A stretch of 64,000 bases of DNA from an uncultured delta proteobacterium (lineage in GTDB: Bacteria > Desulfobacterota > Binatia > UBA9968): positions 45,585 through 109,584 of the forward strand of contig CAVWLW010000030.1 in assembly GCA_963755715.1 (NCBI GenBank), read 5' to 3'. The position numbers and the translations under genes are program-made. The notes under the pieces are model-generated. The model was not told the DNA's origin. It worked only from the letters and a program-made list of their open reading frames with translations, and ran no database searches. Positions 60,339-64,000 of this stretch are shown piece after piece. How positions within the stretch are numbered: position 1 is the first letter of the stretch; each line of letters begins with the position of its first letter.

Positions 60339-60716
60339 TTAGACGAGCAGCGGTTTCAGCGTGTTGCGCGCCAGCACAAAGCCGCGCTCGATGAGCTCCG
60401 GCGTCTGCTCGAAGTTCGGGCTGTCCTCGGCGTAATGGGCATCGCGGTGCAGGCCGGTCGCGGCAACGACGTGGAGGCCGGTCTCGCGCGCCACCCGGGC
60501 GAGGCCGTCCAGGTCGCGGCCGAGGCCGAGCGGCGTCCAGTCGACGAGCGAGCGGCCGCCTGCGGCGACGAGCGTCCGGGCCTCTTCGACCGCCTTGTCG
60601 CGGTCGAGGAACTCCTCGCCGGGCTGCGCCGGCGTGTCGAGGAACAGGTGCTCGTGCGCATCGCACGGCCCGAGGTGGGCGGGGGAGATGTCCCCCAGGA
60701 CTGTGCGGATGATCAC
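60339..60716 (-). pseudogene. Phosphotriesterase-homology protein, N-terminal third only
   Basis: IRTVLGDI, DAHEHL, LVDWTPLGLGRD, VVAATGLH; only 125 aa versus about 300 aa for the family. Confidence 0.65.
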
Positions 60717-60760
60717 GAGCGGATCCTAGACATCGCGCTTCTCGGTACTCTCGAGGCGTC

Positions 60761-61382
60761 ATGACACGTGTCACACGGAGCACCGTGGACCGTTCGTGCG
60801 CCGTCTGCGAGCGGACGCTGCTGATGGGTGAGCGGACGACGCGGTTCTCGCCGAACGGCGGCGGCGACTACGTCGACGTCTGCCCGCTCTGCGCGGAGGC
60901 GGCCGTCGAGTACGGCTGGCTGCGTGAAGGCGCGCCGACGTCCCCGACCGTCCCGACGGAGCGGCGGCGGCGTGGGGGAGGGCTGCTCGCGAACCTGCTC
61001 GGCAACCGTCAGAAGACGGTCGAGGAGACGATCGCCAGCGAGCCGATCCTGCGCCGGCTCTCGGAGCAGGAGCAGGCGATGGTCGAGGCGGCCGACGTCT
61101 TCAACGCCTCGCAGTACCGGCGCACGATCGGCGGCATCGGCAAGTCGCTCGGGCCGCCGCGGATCTCGATCGTCGTCGCTGTCGGGGGTGAACGCCGAGG
61201 TCGTCGTGACCGTGGCGTGGGACATCTCCTGGTACCAGTACCGCATCTCGCCGGACTCGGACAACCCGGTGCGGCTCGAGGGGCGCGGCCACGATCCGTC
61301 GGAGCTCGAGGGCTCGGCGACCGACTGGAACGCCCAGATGGACGACGCCGGGCGGATCCTGCCGGACATCGCCCGGCTGTAA
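60761..61382 (+). CDS. Conserved hypothetical protein with N-terminal CxxC...CxxC (frameshift near 61180)
   Basis: CAVCERTLLMGE...VCPLC; C-terminal VTVAWDISWYQYRI...WNAQ. Confidence 0.65.
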
Positions 61383-61433
61383 TCCTGGACCTCCGGGGCT
61401 GGCGTCCGCCGATCAGGCTCGTACACTGCGACC

Positions 61434-61669
61434 GTGATCTATTGCGTCATTCCGCGCGAGCTGGAGGCCGAGCTCTTCGAGAAGATGGTCGAGTACTACA
61501 AGGACAACCCGAACGTGACGGTGATCGTCGACCGCCGCGAGGGCCCTGATCGCCGCTCGGGCCAGGAGGACGGCTCCTTCAAGGAGCAGCGGGTGCGCGT
61601 GACCGCCGCCGCGCCCGCGCGGCCGGCACCTTCCCGGACACGGACGTGCCGGACCCCACCGACAAGTAA
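61434..61669 (+). CDS. Small hypothetical protein (frameshifted)
   Basis: MIYCVIPRELE...VIVDRREGPDRR; high GC3; ends GTFPDTDVPDPTDK*. Confidence 0.55.
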
Positions 61670-61707
61670 CGGACTGTTACAAGCTCGGCCACGGCTAGGA
61701 TCGCCGC

Positions 61708-63147
61708 ATGGCCACTGCGACCTTCGAATCGTTGAATCCCTCGACCGGCGAGGTGATCGAGTCCTTCCCGCGCTCCGGCGCGGACGACGTCGCCCGCGCG
61801 GTCGACACCGCCCGCGACACGTGGGAGAGCTGGCGCCTCGTGCCGGCGCCCGAGCGCGGCAACATCCTCTTCCGCTTCGCGCAGGTGCTCGAGCAGCACA
61901 AGGCGGAGCTGTCCGACCTGATGACGCGCGAGATGGGCAAGGTCAAGGCCGAGGCCGGCGGCGACGTCCAGGAAGCGATCGACATGAGCTACTACATGGG
62001 CGGCGAGGGCCGGCGCCTCTTCGGGCAGACCACGCCGTCGGAGCTCCGCGACAAGTTCATGATGAGCGTCCGCATGCCGGTCGGCGTCGTCGGCGCGATC
62101 ACGCCGTGGAACTTCCCGATCGCGATTCCGGCGTGGAAGCTCTGCCCGGCGCTCGTCTGCGGCAACACCGTCGTGCTGAAGCCGGCGGAGGACACGCCGA
62201 AGCTCGCGCAGCGGTTCGTCGAGCTGCTGCAGGAGGCAGGCCTGCCCGAGGGCGTCGTGCAGATCGTGCACGGGTTCGGCGAGGAGGCGGGCGACGCGCT
62301 CGTCAAGCATCCCGACGTGCCCGTGATCACGTTCACCGGCTCGCGCGAGACCGGCGTGCTCGTGACGAAGAACGCCGCCGACGAGCTGAAGCACGTGCAC
62401 CTCGAGCTCGGCGGCAAGAACGCGATCATCGTCATGGACGACGCCGACGTCGACCTCGCGGTCGACGGCATCGTCTGGTCGGCGTTCGGCACGGCCGGCC
62501 AGCGCTGCACGGCGGCCTCGCGCGTGATCGTCCAGCGCGGCGTCTACGAGGCGCTGCAGCAGAAGCTCGTCGCGCGCGCCGAGCAGATGCGGATCGGCTC
62601 GCCGTGGGAGGACGACACCGAGATCGGCCCGGTGATCAACGAGACCGCCGTCGAGAAGATCCACTCGTACACCGAGATCGGCCAGGGGGAGGGAGCGAAG
62701 CTCCTGACCGGCGGTGAGCGCGTCGAGGGCCACGGCTTCTACTACCGCCCGACCGTCTTCGCCGACGTCGACCCGCAGATGCGGATCGCGCAGGAGGAGA
62801 TCTTCGGCCCGACGACCGCGCTGATCCCCGTCGACACGTTCGAGGACGCGGTGCGCGCCGCGAACAGCGTCAAGTACGGCCTCTCGTCGTCGATCTTCAC
62901 GCGCGACGTCAACAAGGCGTTCAAGGCGATGCGCGACCTGCAGACCGGCATCACCTACATCAACGCCGGCACGACCGGCGCCGAGGTGCACCTGCCGTTC
63001 GGCGGCATGAAGCAGACGGGCAACGGCCACCGCGAGGCGGGGCAGGCCGCGCTCGACGTCTTCACCGAGTGGAAGTCGGTCTACGTCGACTACAGCGGCA
63101 AGCTGCAGCGCGCGCAGATCGACAACGCCGAACTCGTCGGCGTCATA
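61708..63147 (+). CDS. Aldehyde dehydrogenase family protein (3' end reads through into RNase H)
   Basis: ITPWNFP, LKPAE, FTGS, LELGGKN, GQRCTA, EEIFGP, PFGG. Confidence 0.92.
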
Positions 63148-63547
63148 GGCGCGCGACTCTTCACCGACGGCGGCGCGCGTGGCAACCCCGGCCCGGCCGC
63201 CTACGGCTTCGTGCTCGAGGACGAGGACGGCACGGTGCTCGCGTCCGAAGGCGAGCCGATCGGGATCGCGACGAACAACGTCGCCGAGTACAGCGGCCTG
63301 ATCGCCGGGCTGCGGAAGGCGGTCGAGCTGCAGCTTCCCGCGGTCGAGGTCGTCTCCGACTCGGAGCTGATGGTCAAGCAGATGCGCGGGCGAGTACCGC
63401 GTCAAGAACGAGGCGCTCCGTGAGCTGTCGGTGGAAGCCGGCCGCCTTGCGCGCGAGCTCGGCAAGGTCGAGTATCGCCACGTGAAGCGCGCGCACAACG
63501 AGCTCGCCGACAAGCTCGTCAACGACGCGCTGGACGCGGCCGAGTGA
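63148..63547 (+). CDS. Ribonuclease HI (actinobacterial/archaeal-like type; frameshift near 63390)
   Basis: FTDGGARGNPGPA, TNNVAEY, SDSELMVKQM, then HVKRAHNELADKLVN. Confidence 0.85.
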
Positions 63548-63919
63548 CGGTCAGCCACCCGTTCGGCGTCGCCGTCGAGGCGGGCGACGACGAGGCGGCG
63601 CTCGCGACACTCTCGCCGGACGTCGTCTTCCGCAGCCCGGCGGTCCACCAGGCATACCAGGGCCGCGACACCGTCGCCGCGCTGCTCAGCATCGTCGGCC
63701 AGACGTTCGAGAACTTCCGCTACACGAAGGAGTGGCGCGACGGGCAGCACGACGATCCTCTTCTTCGAGGCGAACGTCGGCGACCGCGAGCTGCAGGGCG
63801 TCGACATCCTCGAGGACGGCGACGACGGCCTCGTCGAGGAGTTCACGGTCATGGTGCGGCCGCTCTCGGGCCTGCAGGCGCTGGCCGGAGCGGTCGCCGC
63901 ACGCCTCGGGATCGCCTGA
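63544..63919 (+). CDS. NTF2/SnoaL-like protein (frameshift near 63750)
   Basis: LSPDVVFRSP..Y.GRD, FENFRY, LQGVDIL...GLVEEFTVMVRPLSG. Confidence 0.8.
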
Positions 63920-63929
63920 CGAGGGCCGC

Positions 63930-63935
63930 TATAAT
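63930..63935 (+). promoter_or_regulatory. -10 box of the tRNA promoter
   Basis: TATAAT in a GC-rich context, 10 bp before the tRNA. Confidence 0.6.
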
Positions 63936-63945
63936 CCGCGCCTGC

Positions 63946-64000
63946 GCGGATGTAGCTCAGTTGGCTAGAGCGTCTCCTTGCCATGGAGAAGGTCGTGAGT
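63946..64000 (+). tRNA. tRNA-Gly (GCC), truncated by the window end
   Basis: GCGGATGTAGCTCAGTTGGCTAGAGC D-arm; anticodon arm TCTCC-TT-GCC-AT-GGAGA. Confidence 0.92.

Noticed and set aside
61708-63423. 571-aa aldehyde dehydrogenase-RNase HI fusion in the ORF track
   Set aside because: It lies in the indel-rich segment and RNase H itself is frameshifted at ~63,390. GTCATAGGCGCG at the boundary looks like a corrupted ATGA stop/start overlap, so two genes are more likely.
61579-63984. Long antisense ORFs (801 aa here; also 45598-46701, 34860-35885, 49075-49857)
   Set aside because: These are shadow frames of well-supported genes, caused by high GC3 codon bias, and show no recognisable motifs.
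54460-64000. Genomic island integrated at tRNA-Gly
   Set aside because: No integrase or att duplication; the tRNA has its own promoter within the high-GC DNA and the contents are ordinary chromosomal genes.
1-64000. CRISPR array, rRNA, prophage or transposase
   Set aside because: No regularly spaced repeat-spacer units, rRNA-like sequence or mobile-element proteins were seen.

Overview
The window looks like two unrelated DNAs joined at about 54,460. Part A (1 to ~54,459; moderate GC, roughly mid-to-high 50s % by eye) reads as a diderm deltaproteobacterium-like chromosome. The expanded UbiD, NMT1-type binding-protein and cupin families suggest Candidatus Binatia, but that is an inference. In order it holds: (i) a sigma54-driven stress island (PAS histidine kinase, Rv2004c-like kinase-AAA fusion, SOD, USP, PsiE, DUF883); (ii) an envelope cluster (OmpA, YdbH plus a YnbE/YdbL-like lipoprotein, MscL, TamB, TamA); (iii) proC, a membrane spermidine-synthase-like/TPR fusion and an atypical UbiD; (iv) an apparently uncharacterised oxidative or catabolic operon with two paralogous heme-oxygenase-like diiron oxidases, a gentisate-dioxygenase-like bicupin, a UbiD decarboxylase and two binding-protein-fold proteins (one lacking a signal peptide), next to a divergent SdhA/FrdA-like flavoprotein with a minimal 2Fe-2S partner; (v) a housekeeping run cdaA-cdaR-glmM-pdxJ-nnr-tsaE-lysC-cimA-cysE-mnmA-mtaB-rnc. 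Part B (~54,460-64,000; about 70% GC by eye, with frameshifts in most genes) looks actinobacterial (Gaiella/Thermoleophilia-like) and ends in a partial tRNA-Gly(GCC). The junction cuts genes on both sides, so an assembly chimera is the most likely explanation. No CRISPR array, rRNA, integrase or transposase was seen. The best candidate for an undescribed system is the diiron-oxidase/cupin/UbiD operon at 32.1-41.4 kb. All calls come from reading motifs by eye; no searches were run.
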